Source of the DNA: Patescibacteria group bacterium
GTDB taxonomy: Bacteria > Patescibacteriota > Patescibacteriia > PEXW01
Length of the DNA stretch: 64,000 nt
Assembly: GCA_041665345.1 (NCBI GenBank)
Contig: JBAYJA010000003.1
Coordinates: 39,202 to 103,201, forward strand
Direction: 5' to 3'
The translations under genes were made by a program, and so were the position numbers. Each line of letters begins with the position of its first letter. The first letter of the stretch is position 1. The notes under the pieces were generated by a model. It searched no databases, had not been told where the DNA came from, and saw only the letters and a program-made list of their open reading frames with translations. Below, one piece after another: positions 8,861 through 18,496 of the stretch.

Positions 8861-9577
8861 TTAGTCGCACGGACCGTCACTGCCCTCTTGGTAACGCTCG
8901 GTTGAGAACTGCACAACGGTCATTCTTTGCGCCCGAACTTCCACGCCTTTTACCAGCAGTCCGGGCAGCCCAGGCATAGACGCGTAAATTGTGTAGATTC
9001 CAGGCGGTATGTTTTCCAGAGCGTACCAGCCGCTCGAATCGGTTACTGCGCTACATGCCTGGCCGTCAATTTGCACGGTGAGACCTTCGATTTTGTCTCT
9101 ACCCCAAGCATTGCTACAGCGGCCCTGGATTCCGCCAGCATTTTCCGTAGTAGGAACTGCTAGTGGCCAAAATTCCTCAAAAATCATTGCAATGAGGCGA
9201 GGACGGAGGTGCGCCACCATTCCGTCCACAATTTCCTCAAGCCGAATTTCAACGTAAGTGGTGTTATAGGGTGACACAACGACGTTTGGAATATGCGCTG
9301 TTCGCCAGCCCTGCAATTGTGCTGTGATTGAGTACGTCCCCGGCTCAACGCTGGGAAATTCATACTCACCTCTGCAATTAGCCTGGCAACTTATTTGCAT
9401 TCCATCAATACACATGAGCGGAAAGGCCACAGACCCATTCGTACTTTTGTTAATTAGCCTGCCCTTAATTTTGCCAAATGTGTCGGCGACCGCAGGTTGG
9501 TAGCCAGATACCCAAGTCAGCGCGAACGCAACAAGCGCGGAAGTCGTAACATTTGTTACTCGGTTTTGAATGAACAT
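8861..9577 (-). CDS. secreted protein with two CarboxypepD_reg-like domains (paralog of 7437..8153)
   Basis: MFIQNRVTNVTTSALVAFALTWVSGYQPAVADTFGKIKGRLINK.... About 40% identity to the 7437..8153 product over its whole length. GGAGGA SD before ATG 9577. Confidence 0.7.
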   Translation of the reverse strand: MFIQNRVTNVTTSALVAFALTWVSGYQPAVADTFGKIKGRLINKSTNGSVAFPLMCIDGMQISCQANCRGEYEFPSVEPGTYSITAQLQGWRTAHIPNVVVSPYNTTYVEIRLEEIVDGMVAHLRPRLIAMIFEEFWPLAVPTTENAGGIQGRCSNAWGRDKIEGLTVQIDGQACSAVTDSSGWYALENIPPGIYTIYASMPGLPGLLVKGVEVRAQRMTVVQFSTERYQEGSDGPCD

Positions 9578-9622
9578 GTATTCCTCCGGTTCAACAGAAT
9601 AGTTTTTCTTTTAATGCAGACT

Positions 9623-9651
9623 AGCATAATCCCAAGGCGGAGATTCGTCAA
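9623..9651 (-). promoter_or_regulatory. sigma70-like promoter (TTGACG-N17-TATGCT) for 8861..9577
   Basis: RC of cgtcaa (9646-9651) and agcata (9623-9628), with a 17-nt spacer containing cttggg. The surrounding 50 nt are about 80% identical to 8761-8812. Confidence 0.45.
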
Positions 9652-9654
9652 TAA

Positions 9655-9688
9655 TAATAAAAACCCCGCTTGTGCTAGGCGGGGTTTC
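9655..9688 (-). terminator. rho-independent terminator for 9699..10397 (bidirectional)
   Basis: ccccgc ttgtgctag gcgggg hairpin (9664-9684) flanked by an A-run and a T-run. It duplicates the 8808-8833 terminator. Confidence 0.6.
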
Positions 9689-9698
9689 AAAGTGCGGT

Positions 9699-10397
9699 TT
9701 ACTCGCTAATGCGCAGCGGCGCTCGGTTGTCGGAGTTTGCCGTAACCCCAGTTTCCATAACCGAGTCCTCCAGTAAGAACTCAACTTGAGTGGTAGTCCC
9801 GGCCTGCACAATGACGTTGGTAGCGTGCGCTGAGCAGTATCCCGTCAAACTCCCTCGTAGGGAGTATATTCCGGGCGGCACTCGACGGATTTGGTACACG
9901 CCGTCGGCATTGGCCTGGGCGCCCATAGGGGTGCCGTCAATTTCTGCAATAGCAAATGCAATAGCCCGATTTCTTTGGTAGTACAAGATACGACCACCAA
10001 TAACCCCAAAAATTGCAGTGCTGTCATTCCAGCTTTGTGGTCTGGACAACGGATCTTCCAGGGCAATGTCTACCCGAATTACCTTTGCCGTGACTTCGAA
10101 AGTATGGACAATGGTTGGCATGAAGCCATCCAGTTTCGCAGTGAGCTTGTGCATTCCTGGTGGAACGTGGTCAAGGACGTACCAGCCAGTGGAGTCGGTC
10201 TGGGTTTCCAGCGCCGTGCTGTCTACTCGGACAGTGACCTGGGCAAGAGGTGCTGCACCCCTGTCTTTGCGAACGACCTTTCCGGTGATTGTGCCATAGG
10301 TTTCTGCAGACGTGGTTTGGTAGCCAACCACCCAGGTCAGGACGAGCGTAAGTAGGACGGTAATCTTGTAGCTCACTGTTCGTTGTTTTATGAACAT
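9699..10397 (-). CDS. secreted protein with two CarboxypepD_reg-like domains (third paralog)
   Basis: Start at MFIKQRTVSYKITVLLTLVLTWVVGYQTTSAETYGTITGKVVRK (ATG 10397, GGAGGA SD). The same leader and repeat architecture as the other two. Confidence 0.7.
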   Translation of the reverse strand: MFIKQRTVSYKITVLLTLVLTWVVGYQTTSAETYGTITGKVVRKDRGAAPLAQVTVRVDSTALETQTDSTGWYVLDHVPPGMHKLTAKLDGFMPTIVHTFEVTAKVIRVDIALEDPLSRPQSWNDSTAIFGVIGGRILYYQRNRAIAFAIAEIDGTPMGAQANADGVYQIRRVPPGIYSLRGSLTGYCSAHATNVIVQAGTTTQVEFLLEDSVMETGVTANSDNRAPLRISE

Positions 10398-10429
10398 TGT
10401 TTCCTCCGTGTGTGATGTTTTTCCGTTTT

Positions 10430-10458
10430 GATTCACCCCAGCTTAAACCTGGATACAG
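10430..10458 (-). promoter_or_regulatory. sigma70-like promoter (TTGACT-N17-TAAGCT) for 9699..10397
   Basis: RC of agtcaa (10453-10458) and agctta (10430-10435), 17-nt spacer. Confidence 0.4.
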
Positions 10459-10558
10459 GGGAAGTCAATGAACGTCCAACCAGCCCCCCAGACCTCAGCC
10501 CTTGACGCATTGGCTGGGATCTTGTACTTTCAAAGACTTGGCTACGCCAGGTGCATTT

Positions 10559-11701
10559 ATGGAATCCACCCCCTTGCAGCAAACCATAGACCTTGTGAAA
10601 AAAGCCCAGCGCGTGCTGGTGTGCTTGCCGCGCGTGCTTTCTACCGATGCGGTAGCAGCCGGTGTGGCGCTCCACGCTGCCCTGAGCAAGCAAGGGAAGC
10701 AGGTTCGGGTTGTGGCTACGGATATCACCCTCCCGGCCACCCACGCCTTTCTGCCCAAGACCGGAGACATTTCCTCAGAGCTGAATAGCCTGCGGAAGTT
10801 TGTGATTACGGTGGATACTGCCAAGGCGCCGGTGGCAGAATTGAGCTACGACGTGGTGGGTGATAAGCTCAACATTTTTTTGACTCCCAAGCACGGCGCG
10901 TATGAATCAAAGGATGTGCAGCTGGCGCCCATGCCACCCAGCTACGATTGCGTCATTACTCTGGACTGCCAAGACTACGATGATCTGGGCCGGCTGTTTG
11001 AAGAGAACGCAGACTTCTTCTACGCCACGCCGGTCATCAACATTGACCACAGCCCAGCCAATCAGCACTTTGGTCAGGTGAACCTGGTGGACCTGGTGGC
11101 GACCTCCGTGTGCGAAATGATGTATGACATTTTGAAAACTCTGGACGAGCGCCTGATTACCGAGGATGTGGCAACCGCACTGCTCGCTGGTATCATTGCC
11201 AAGACCAAGAGCTTCCAAACTGCCACGGTTACGCCCAAGGCGTTGACCGTCGCATCTGCGCTGATGGCCGTGGGCGCGCGGCGGGATGAAATTATTCGCA
11301 ACCTGTTCCAGACCAAGTCGCTGGCCGTCATGAAACTCTGGGGCCGCGCCTTGGCCCGTCTCCGCGTGTCCGACGATGGCCGGCTGGTGTGGGCCGTGCT
11401 GAACCGCGCGGACTTTGAACGCGCAGGCGCCAATCCCGACTCTCTCCCCGGCATTTTGGATGAGCTGATGGTGAATACCCCTGATGCGAGCATTATGGCC
11501 GTGGTGTACGAAGACCCGGCCGGTGGCGTCACCGTGCTGGTGCAAACCCACCGGACTATTCATGCGGGCAAACTCTTTGCCCAGCAGCAGCCCACGTCCA
11601 TGGGGCATGTGGTGTCCTGGCATGTGGACGGCACCATTGCCGATGCCGAGACGAAGCTGATGCTGGCTCTGGAGTCGTTGCCAAAAGTGAGCGCCAGCTA
11701 A
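10559..11701 (+). CDS. DHH-family phosphoesterase (NrnA-like oligoribonuclease/pAp phosphatase), with variant DHS motif
   Basis: DHH/DHHA1 architecture: ...VINIDHSPANQHFG... (DHS in place of DHH), DLVATSVCEMMY, ...GIIAKTKSFQ.... Start taken at MESTPLQQ because the 10502 ATG overlaps a TTGACG-N17-TACTTT promoter-like site. Confidence 0.7.
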   Translation: MESTPLQQTIDLVKKAQRVLVCLPRVLSTDAVAAGVALHAALSKQGKQVRVVATDITLPATHAFLPKTGDISSELNSLRKFVITVDTAKAPVAELSYDVVGDKLNIFLTPKHGAYESKDVQLAPMPPSYDCVITLDCQDYDDLGRLFEENADFFYATPVINIDHSPANQHFGQVNLVDLVATSVCEMMYDILKTLDERLITEDVATALLAGIIAKTKSFQTATVTPKALTVASALMAVGARRDEIIRNLFQTKSLAVMKLWGRALARLRVSDDGRLVWAVLNRADFERAGANPDSLPGILDELMVNTPDASIMAVVYEDPAGGVTVLVQTHRTIHAGKLFAQQQPTSMGHVVSWHVDGTIADAETKLMLALESLPKVSAS

Positions 11702-11931
11702 CTCTGAGAATTGTTGATTTGATAGTAGAACATAGGTTTTCACAATGTGGGCTTTATGCGGAGCTGTTGATTTTACGAGAAAGTTTTTTGGATCGTAGGC
11801 CGTACGTATTAACAAAATCCTAATGTAATGATACGCTACTTTGTTAGTTGTACATTCACAAACCTGATGCATTGACGCATCCATACTGGATGCTTAGCAA
11901 TGTTATCGCAAAACCTAAAGGAGATAACACC

Positions 11932-12375
11932 ATGAAAAATCCCGTGACCACATCCACCATTGAGGAGGTCGACTACGACGACCCTCAATGGAAGAAGATT
12001 AATGAAAGTCGCTACGCCTACGTTGGCGATGTGACTATCAAGGACTATCACGAGACCCAAATCGGCAAGAAGTCAGTTGTTTTCCGTGAACTTAGGTTCG
12101 ATCATAAGTTCACAGACCACGAGGTATTGGCGAAGGTGGCCAAATTGAAGTGCCGTCTGCCCTCTAGAGCCGAGGCGGAGACGTACATCCGTCGGCGCTA
12201 TACGCCCGAACAGTTGGCGAAGAACCCCCGTATCGCCCTTGTTGGTCCTGCGGTGAAGCTTCACGGCCTCTTGGGTCGGGCCTTCGTCCGTGCTGACGAG
12301 GATGGCGTGCAGTTGTCTAGGCGCTGGCCTGACGATCCTTGGCTTCAGCGGTGCCGCGTCGTCGTCCGCAAGTAG
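11932..12375 (+). CDS. hypothetical protein (paralog of the partial gene at the left window edge)
   Basis: AAAGGAGA SD 6 nt upstream of ATG 11932. MKNPVTTSTIEEVDYDDPQWKKINESRYAYVGDVTIKDYHE... matches the 1..157 product. Confidence 0.55.
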   Translation: MKNPVTTSTIEEVDYDDPQWKKINESRYAYVGDVTIKDYHETQIGKKSVVFRELRFDHKFTDHEVLAKVAKLKCRLPSRAEAETYIRRRYTPEQLAKNPRIALVGPAVKLHGLLGRAFVRADEDGVQLSRRWPDDPWLQRCRVVVRK

Positions 12376-12481
12376 TCCTCATACCTTCGGTCATTTTTTG
12401 ATCGGAGGTATATTTTTACCCACGTGTAGGTGTTGGGCGAAGTAGTAGCCGATCTCTCATGCGCCCTGCTATACTAGGCTC

Positions 12482-14164
12482 ATGGACGAAGACCATGGGC
12501 ACATTCAGGTTGCATCCGAAGAAGCGCAGGAGAAATTCCGTGACAAGCTGACGGAAATTCAACTGAAGGAGAAAGAGCAGCTGGCAGCCAAAAGCGCGCA
12601 GAGCCTGGGCTTGGGGTACATTAACCTCAAGGGTTTTCCCATTGGCCCAGAGGTGCTCATTCTGATTCCCGAAACCGTTGCCCGAGATTTACGGGTGATT
12701 ATTTTCTTTGCCCAGCGGGGCGAAATTCGGGTTGGCTGTGTGGACCCCATGAACGAGCACGTGCTGGCGTTGTTGGAAGCCTTGCAGAGTGAGCGTCACT
12801 CCAATGTGATTCCCTACGTCATCTCGCAGCACAGTTTTGACATGGCGATTCAGCTGTACGCGGCGGTGCCAAAAATTCGGCAGTTTGTGAGTGGCGTACA
12901 GGTGAGCGCGCAAGATATTGCAACTTTTGAAAAAGAGCTGACCACCATTCAGGACGTGGACGCAAAGCTGAAACAGGTGAATCTGACGCAGGTCATTACC
13001 CTGCTCATTGCCGGGGCAATTATTAGCCGCGCGTCAGATATTCACATTGAAGCGGAGGAGAAGGATGTGAAAATTCGTTATCGCATTGACGGCGTGCTGC
13101 ACGACATTGCGCACCTGCCCGTTGCAGACTGGAAGAAAGTCATTTCCCGCATCAAACTCCTCAGTCACCTGAAGCTCAACATTACGGTCAAACCCCAAGA
13201 CGGTCGCTTTACCATTGCCCTGGAGAAGGAGACGATTGACGTGCGTGTTTCCACCCTCCCAACCGCGTATGGCGAAAGCGTCGTGATGCGCTTACTGCGC
13301 TCTTCGTCCGTGGGGTTGAAGTTGGCTGACCTGGGTATGCGGGAAAACACCCTGAAGATTGTGGAAAAGCAAATTCAGCGGCCAACCGGGATGCTCCTCA
13401 CCACCGGTCCCACCGGGTCTGGGAAAACCACGGCGCTGTACGCGTTCCTCACGTTGCTCAACACGCCGGAGAGCAACATCATTACCATGGAGAACCCAAT
13501 TGAATATCACTTGGCTGGGATTAACCAGAGCCAGGTGGATGAAGAGCAGGGGTATACCTTTGCGAAAGGCTTGAAGTCCATTCTCCGCCAAGACCCAGAC
13601 GTGGTCATGGTGGGTGAAATCCGGGACGGCGAAACTGCGGACATTGCGGTGAATGCGGCGCTCACTGGTCACTTGGTGCTCAGCACCTTGCACACCAACG
13701 ATGCGGCCGGGGCAATCCCCCGCCTGCTGGCCTTGGGGGTCAAGCCATTTTTACTCGCCCCAGCACTCAATGCGGTCATGGCGCAGCGTTTGGTTCGCCG
13801 GCTGTGCCAAACCTGCCGAAAGGAAATGACCTTGGACGCTGAGACCTTGCAACGGGTGAAAGAGCTGCTCCAAACCATTCCGCCCGCCAGTGGGGAGAAG
13901 GTGGATTTGGAAAATCTCCATTTCTTCCAAGCTGTGGGGTGTGAGACATGCCACGGTATTGGGTACAAGGGGCAGATTGGGATTTACGAAATCATCACCA
14001 TGAATGCAGACGTGGAAAAGGTCATTCTGGCCAGCCAAGTATCTGAATATGAAATGCGGGAAATTGGCCGAAAGCACGGCATGGTCACCATGGTGCAGGA
14101 TGGGCTGCTGAAAGCCGTGGAAGGCATAACCACGGTGGATGAAGTATTCAAAGTTACTGAATAA
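12482..14164 (+). CDS. pilB: type IV pilus assembly / type II secretion ATPase (PilB/GspE family)
   Basis: GSPII_E N-terminal domain, Walker A TGPTGSGKTT, Asp box and His box, and a C-terminal tetracysteine CQTCRK...CETCHG. Confidence 0.9.
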   Translation: MDEDHGHIQVASEEAQEKFRDKLTEIQLKEKEQLAAKSAQSLGLGYINLKGFPIGPEVLILIPETVARDLRVIIFFAQRGEIRVGCVDPMNEHVLALLEALQSERHSNVIPYVISQHSFDMAIQLYAAVPKIRQFVSGVQVSAQDIATFEKELTTIQDVDAKLKQVNLTQVITLLIAGAIISRASDIHIEAEEKDVKIRYRIDGVLHDIAHLPVADWKKVISRIKLLSHLKLNITVKPQDGRFTIALEKETIDVRVSTLPTAYGESVVMRLLRSSSVGLKLADLGMRENTLKIVEKQIQRPTGMLLTTGPTGSGKTTALYAFLTLLNTPESNIITMENPIEYHLAGINQSQVDEEQGYTFAKGLKSILRQDPDVVMVGEIRDGETADIAVNAALTGHLVLSTLHTNDAAGAIPRLLALGVKPFLLAPALNAVMAQRLVRRLCQTCRKEMTLDAETLQRVKELLQTIPPASGEKVDLENLHFFQAVGCETCHGIGYKGQIGIYEIITMNADVEKVILASQVSEYEMREIGRKHGMVTMVQDGLLKAVEGITTVDEVFKVTE

Positions 14165-14173
14165 GAAAATTCT

Positions 14174-14587
14174 ATGCGAAGAAGTCCTGAAAGAGGTCAC
14201 CCTCAAGAGCTGGAGCAAACCCCAGTTCAAAAATACTGGGCTCAATACAATTTTTCCGGCATGGCGCCGCCTCCCGGCTCACCGGTTGAAGAGCGGTTGC
14301 TGAATATTTGCCAGCAGTATGTGAAGATTTGCCTTGAAACGACGGATTCTGGAAGAGTAACCCCTAGTCCGAATGTGCAAAAAGAAGCACTTCAGCATTA
14401 CACAAAATTAGAATCAGAAAGACGTATGCTGCACAATCAAATAGCAATTATGACTCTCGGGAGTATTCGAAGTAAGCTCCCCGAGCATGAAGCGAAACGT
14501 ATCGCAGATTTTGCAGCACAGGTAACGAATAATGGTTTGCGGATGAATGATTTAGAAGAGCTGCAAAAATCTGAACCAGAAGAGTAA
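14174..14587 (+). CDS. hypothetical protein (low confidence)
   Basis: 137-aa ORF in a lower-GC stretch, followed by a hairpin atagccaac gcgcatgtg ttggctat at 14615-14640. No recognisable domain and no clear SD site. Confidence 0.3.
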   Translation: MRRSPERGHPQELEQTPVQKYWAQYNFSGMAPPPGSPVEERLLNICQQYVKICLETTDSGRVTPSPNVQKEALQHYTKLESERRMLHNQIAIMTLGSIRSKLPEHEAKRIADFAAQVTNNGLRMNDLEELQKSEPEE

Positions 14588-14978
14588 AGTCTCAGCTAGA
14601 TTTGTGTGAAAAAATAGCCAACGCGCATGTGTTGGCTATTTATGAAAATGAATGGGGGTGGCAGTTGAATGTAGGAAGCTACGTCCTTTATAGGTCACAC
14701 AGTGTGACCAACTGGTATCACCCTCATCTTGGTTGAGATACTCCGCTTTTCCTCCTGCTTGAAGCAAAAGGTGCAATTCTTCAAGGGTAGCGGGGTAGAA
14801 AGTTCTTTCTCCAAGATCCCTTGTGTATCCGTGGAGTATTTTCCGCGCCCGGGGTCTGTAGAAAAGACTTCGAAGGGCTCGGTAAGAACAAAGAATAAAG
14901 TGCAATGAACCTCCTTGGAAGAAAACCTAAGCTGCGGAAGAATAGCAGGTAATCCTCCTTCTGTCAAGGGTAATGATA

Positions 14979-17555
14979 TTATGCGCCCTGGATATGCTGC
15001 AATTTTTCCTTTGCCGCGGCCAGCTTCTGCTTCTCCCCTGCGACAACCGCAGCTGGAGCGTGGGCGGTGAACGCGGCGTTGCTTAGCTTCTTTTCCAAAG
15101 CCGAAATGTACTGCTGGAGCTGAGCAACCTCTTTGTCTACCGATGCTTTGGTTGCTTGCGGGAGTTCCAACCAGAAGCTCAATCCCCCAGTATGGCCATG
15201 GGCTTTCTGGCTGAGCTTTTTCACCACGTTGACCTGCGTCCGTGTCAGACGTTCAATAATTGCTTGCGCCTGACGAACCACCGCCAGGCTTTCGCCAGCC
15301 AATTGCAACGGGAGCGTTGTTGCCGGCGCGATTTTGTGATTGGCGCGGACATTCCGGATTTCCGTGACCAGAGTTCGGATTGTTTCAAACTGCTTTGCCG
15401 CGGCAGCAGAACTCGCTTTGGCCTTGGGCCAAGGTTGGATCATGAGTAAATCTTTGTCAGCTTTTCCATGCCGGCGTTCCCACAGCGCTTCCGTAATGAA
15501 AGGCGTGAGCGGGTGCAGAAGGGTGAGTAGCGTCTCAAAAGTGTGTACGAGCACCGCAGTGTTGGGCTGGACCTTTTGGATTTCCACGTACCAGTCAGCC
15601 AGGTCATGCCAGGCAAAGTCGTACAGGGCTTGGCCGGCTTCGGAAAAGCGGAAGGCGTGGAAGTCTTTGGTCACGTTGGCTACCAAAGCGTTCAGCCGTT
15701 GGGTTATCCACTTGTCTGCTAATGACAGCGTTTTGGGGGTGTCGAGCTTTGCCGCCTCTTGGCGCTGAACAAAGTTCCCAATGTTCCAGAGCTTGTTGAT
15801 GAAGTTCCGGTAGCCGGCAATTTTCTCTTCGGACAGGCGGAAGTCTTGGCCAGCCGTGGTGCCCAGAGTCAGTGCCAAGCGGACGGCATCTGTACCGTAC
15901 TTCTCGCCCATGAGCAAGGGGTCAATGCCCGTGCCTTTGGACTTGGACATTTTTTTGCCGTCCTTATCCAGCACCAAGCCGTGGAGGTACACGGTTTTGA
16001 ATGGGATTTGCTTGGTGAACTTCAGGGAGAGCATGATCATGCGTGCGACCCAGAAGAAGAGAATGTCCCAGCTGGTTTCCATCACCGACGTGGGGTGGAA
16101 GTGCTTCAGGTCAGGAGTCTTCGTCGGCCAGCCCAGGGTAGAGAACGTCCACAAGCCCGAGGAGAACCAGGTGTCCAAGGTGTCTTGGTCTTGCACGAAG
16201 TGCATGCCTTTGCACTTGGGGCAGTGTTCTGGCATGGTCGTGGCGGCAATGGGCGGACAGGTGTTGGGTTGCCCTTGTTCGGTTCGGCAGTACCAGACGG
16301 GAATTTGGTGGCCCCACCATAGCTGGCGGGAAATGCACCAGTCCCGGATGTTGGTCATCCAGTGGAAGTACACTTTTTCAAAACGCTTGGGGAGAATGGT
16401 AATTTTTCCGTTGCGCACCGCGGCAATGGCGGGCTTGGCCAGAGATTGCATTTTCAAAAACCACTGCTTGGACACCAAAGGTTGGACCACCGAACCGCAC
16501 CGGTCGCAGTGCGGCACATTGGAAGTGTATGGCTCCACTTTCTGCAGCAAGCCTTTGGCCTGCAGGTCAGCCACAATCCGGTCTCGCGCTTCGGAAATGA
16601 GCAGCAGCGCATAGTGTCCCGCGTGGGTGGTCATGCGGTTATCCTCGCCAATCACCTGGACAATGGGCAGCTTGTGCCGCTCCCCCATTTCCCAGTCTGC
16701 GGGGTCGTGCGCTGGGGTGACTTTCACCACGCCCGTGCCAAATTTTGGGTCAACAAGCTTGTCGCCAATGACCGGCAAGGTTTTGTCACCTGACTCCGTG
16801 GTGAACGTCACGTGCTTGCCAATATATTTTTTGTAGCGCTTGTCGCTGGGGTTCACGGCCAAGGCGGTATCTCCCACTTTGGTCTCCGGCCGGGTGGTGG
16901 CTACGGTGAAGGGACCGTAGGTGATGTAGTAGAGGTGTCCTGCTTCCTGCACGTGCTTCACTTCCAAATCCGAGAGCGCGGTTTGGCACCGGCTACACCA
17001 GTTGATGAGCCGCTCACCGCGGTAGATAAGCTTCTCGTTGAAGAGTTGGATGAACGCTTTTTGTACGGCCTGGGTGAGCGCCGGATCCATGGTGAAGTGC
17101 TCGCGGGACCAGTCGCACGACGCGCCAATCTTCCGGGTTTGGTCCGTTATGCGCGTGCCGTACTTCTGCTTCCACCGCCACACGTGCTTCAGGAATTTTT
17201 CCCGACCAATTTCGTGCCGGCTGATGCCCTCTTTCTGCAGCAGGCGTTCCACCATAATCTGCGTGGAAATGCCGGCGTGGTCGGTGCCTGGCAACCAGAG
17301 TGCGCGTTCGCCGAGCATGCGGTGGAAGCGCGTCAGGGCGTCTTGGATGGTGAAGCCCTCAGCATGTCCCAGGTGCAATTCACCAGTCACATTGGACGGC
17401 GGCATGGCAATGGAAAAAGATTTGGTACGCTTCCCAAGCAAATTGTCGGGATTGAAATACCCAGACGCTTCCCAGCGCTTGTAGATAAGCTCTTCCACGC
17501 CCAGCGGATTGTACGCTTCGTTGGCCATATGTAGGTATTGTACCAGGAAAGCCAA
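14979..17555 (-). CDS. valS: valine--tRNA ligase
   Basis: 858 aa class I aaRS with HIGH-type motif PPSNVTGELHLGHA, KMSKS, an editing domain and a C-terminal coiled coil. Confidence 0.95.
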   Translation of the reverse strand: MAFLVQYLHMANEAYNPLGVEELIYKRWEASGYFNPDNLLGKRTKSFSIAMPPSNVTGELHLGHAEGFTIQDALTRFHRMLGERALWLPGTDHAGISTQIMVERLLQKEGISRHEIGREKFLKHVWRWKQKYGTRITDQTRKIGASCDWSREHFTMDPALTQAVQKAFIQLFNEKLIYRGERLINWCSRCQTALSDLEVKHVQEAGHLYYITYGPFTVATTRPETKVGDTALAVNPSDKRYKKYIGKHVTFTTESGDKTLPVIGDKLVDPKFGTGVVKVTPAHDPADWEMGERHKLPIVQVIGEDNRMTTHAGHYALLLISEARDRIVADLQAKGLLQKVEPYTSNVPHCDRCGSVVQPLVSKQWFLKMQSLAKPAIAAVRNGKITILPKRFEKVYFHWMTNIRDWCISRQLWWGHQIPVWYCRTEQGQPNTCPPIAATTMPEHCPKCKGMHFVQDQDTLDTWFSSGLWTFSTLGWPTKTPDLKHFHPTSVMETSWDILFFWVARMIMLSLKFTKQIPFKTVYLHGLVLDKDGKKMSKSKGTGIDPLLMGEKYGTDAVRLALTLGTTAGQDFRLSEEKIAGYRNFINKLWNIGNFVQRQEAAKLDTPKTLSLADKWITQRLNALVANVTKDFHAFRFSEAGQALYDFAWHDLADWYVEIQKVQPNTAVLVHTFETLLTLLHPLTPFITEALWERRHGKADKDLLMIQPWPKAKASSAAAAKQFETIRTLVTEIRNVRANHKIAPATTLPLQLAGESLAVVRQAQAIIERLTRTQVNVVKKLSQKAHGHTGGLSFWLELPQATKASVDKEVAQLQQYISALEKKLSNAAFTAHAPAAVVAGEKQKLAAAKEKLQHIQGA

Positions 17556-17659
17556 GCCTACGCTGGATACGCGGGTTTTTCAAGGGTTGTTGACTACTCC
17601 AGGTGTGCGCGATAGGGTTAGAAAAACAAGACATTGCTCACTGATAGAAAGGAGCCAGC

Positions 17660-18040
17660 TTGAAGAAAATACTTTCCGCTTGTGCCAGGCACCCCATTCG
17701 ATTCTGGGTTAGCGTCGTTCTGGGCACGATCTTCATCTTTTGGTTTGTGGCTTCCAGGTTTGTACTAAGCCTATCCAATACCTTTGGAATCATTTTCCTC
17801 CTTGGCATACTCATTGGGTCGCTTGCGGCACGGCCTGATATATTCACGAAGTGCATGCAACGTTGGAAGTCGGTACTACAAGACGAAAGTGAAGATGCTA
17901 TGGTTCTGCGTTACCGTTGTACTTCCTGTGAGGCGATCTATACCGAAAAGACCCTCCCGAAGGATAAAGTCTGCTCTAAGGACTATGGTCGGCTCGTTAC
18001 TTACGATGCTATCGAAGACCGGCACCGGTCTCCCCTGTAG
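17660..18040 (+). CDS. small 2-TM membrane protein with C-terminal Cys-containing tail (CxxC...C)
   Basis: TTG start with an AAAGGAG SD. Two TM helices, then ...RYRCTSCEAIYTEKTLPKDKVCSKDYGRL. The tail motif C-x2-4-C-x-YTEK-x-VC-x-Y is shared with the next gene. Confidence 0.5.
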   Translation: MKKILSACARHPIRFWVSVVLGTIFIFWFVASRFVLSLSNTFGIIFLLGILIGSLAARPDIFTKCMQRWKSVLQDESEDAMVLRYRCTSCEAIYTEKTLPKDKVCSKDYGRLVTYDAIEDRHRSPL

Positions 18041-18133
18041 ACAATTACCCCACGCTCCTCGTGGGGTTTTTCTTGTTGACGAAAATCGCTGCAGAGATTA
18101 GGGTACGTGCAGAAACACACAGGAAAGGGAATT

Positions 18134-18496
18134 ATGAAAGCTCATTTTTTTCGCATACTTTGGTACGTGCTCATACTCATCGTGGCGCTGACGAATATTA
18201 CTATGCTTGGGTTTCTTACAGGCGCCATGGTGTTTATCATCACACCCAAGCCGGCTGATATTTTGCTCTGGAGCAGCATCGTTGTCGGGGTAGTTGCTGG
18301 GGTACTTTTGACGGTGCAGGAGGTACGTTATCTACGAAGACGTCGTCAACGCAAAACTATTATCCAACCCACAACGAACGTGATGTACCATTGCCCGCTC
18401 CCAGCGTGTCAGTACGAAACCGAAAAAGACGGAGTGTGCCCAGAATACTATACGCTCCTCAAAGCCCGGACGCGTGAAAATCGGCCAACGCCGTAA
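18134..18496 (+). CDS. small 2-TM membrane protein with C-terminal Cys-containing tail, paralog of 17660..18040
   Basis: GGAAAGGG SD before ATG 18134. Two TM helices, then ...MYHCPLPACQYETEKDGVCPEYYTL. Confidence 0.5.
   Translation: MKAHFFRILWYVLILIVALTNITMLGFLTGAMVFIITPKPADILLWSSIVVGVVAGVLLTVQEVRYLRRRRQRKTIIQPTTNVMYHCPLPACQYETEKDGVCPEYYTLLKARTRENRPTP

Noticed and set aside
10907-11884. 325-aa minus-strand ORF antisense to the DHH phosphoesterase gene
   Set aside because: High-GC antisense read-through. The plus-strand gene has a recognisable DHH/DHHA1 domain, and the antisense product is low-complexity and Arg/Gly/His-rich.
15856-16614. 252-aa plus-strand ORF inside valS, plus several other ORFs antisense to valS (15156-17534)
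   Set aside because: They lie entirely within the well-supported valS reading frame on the opposite strand. No SD sites, and compositionally antisense.
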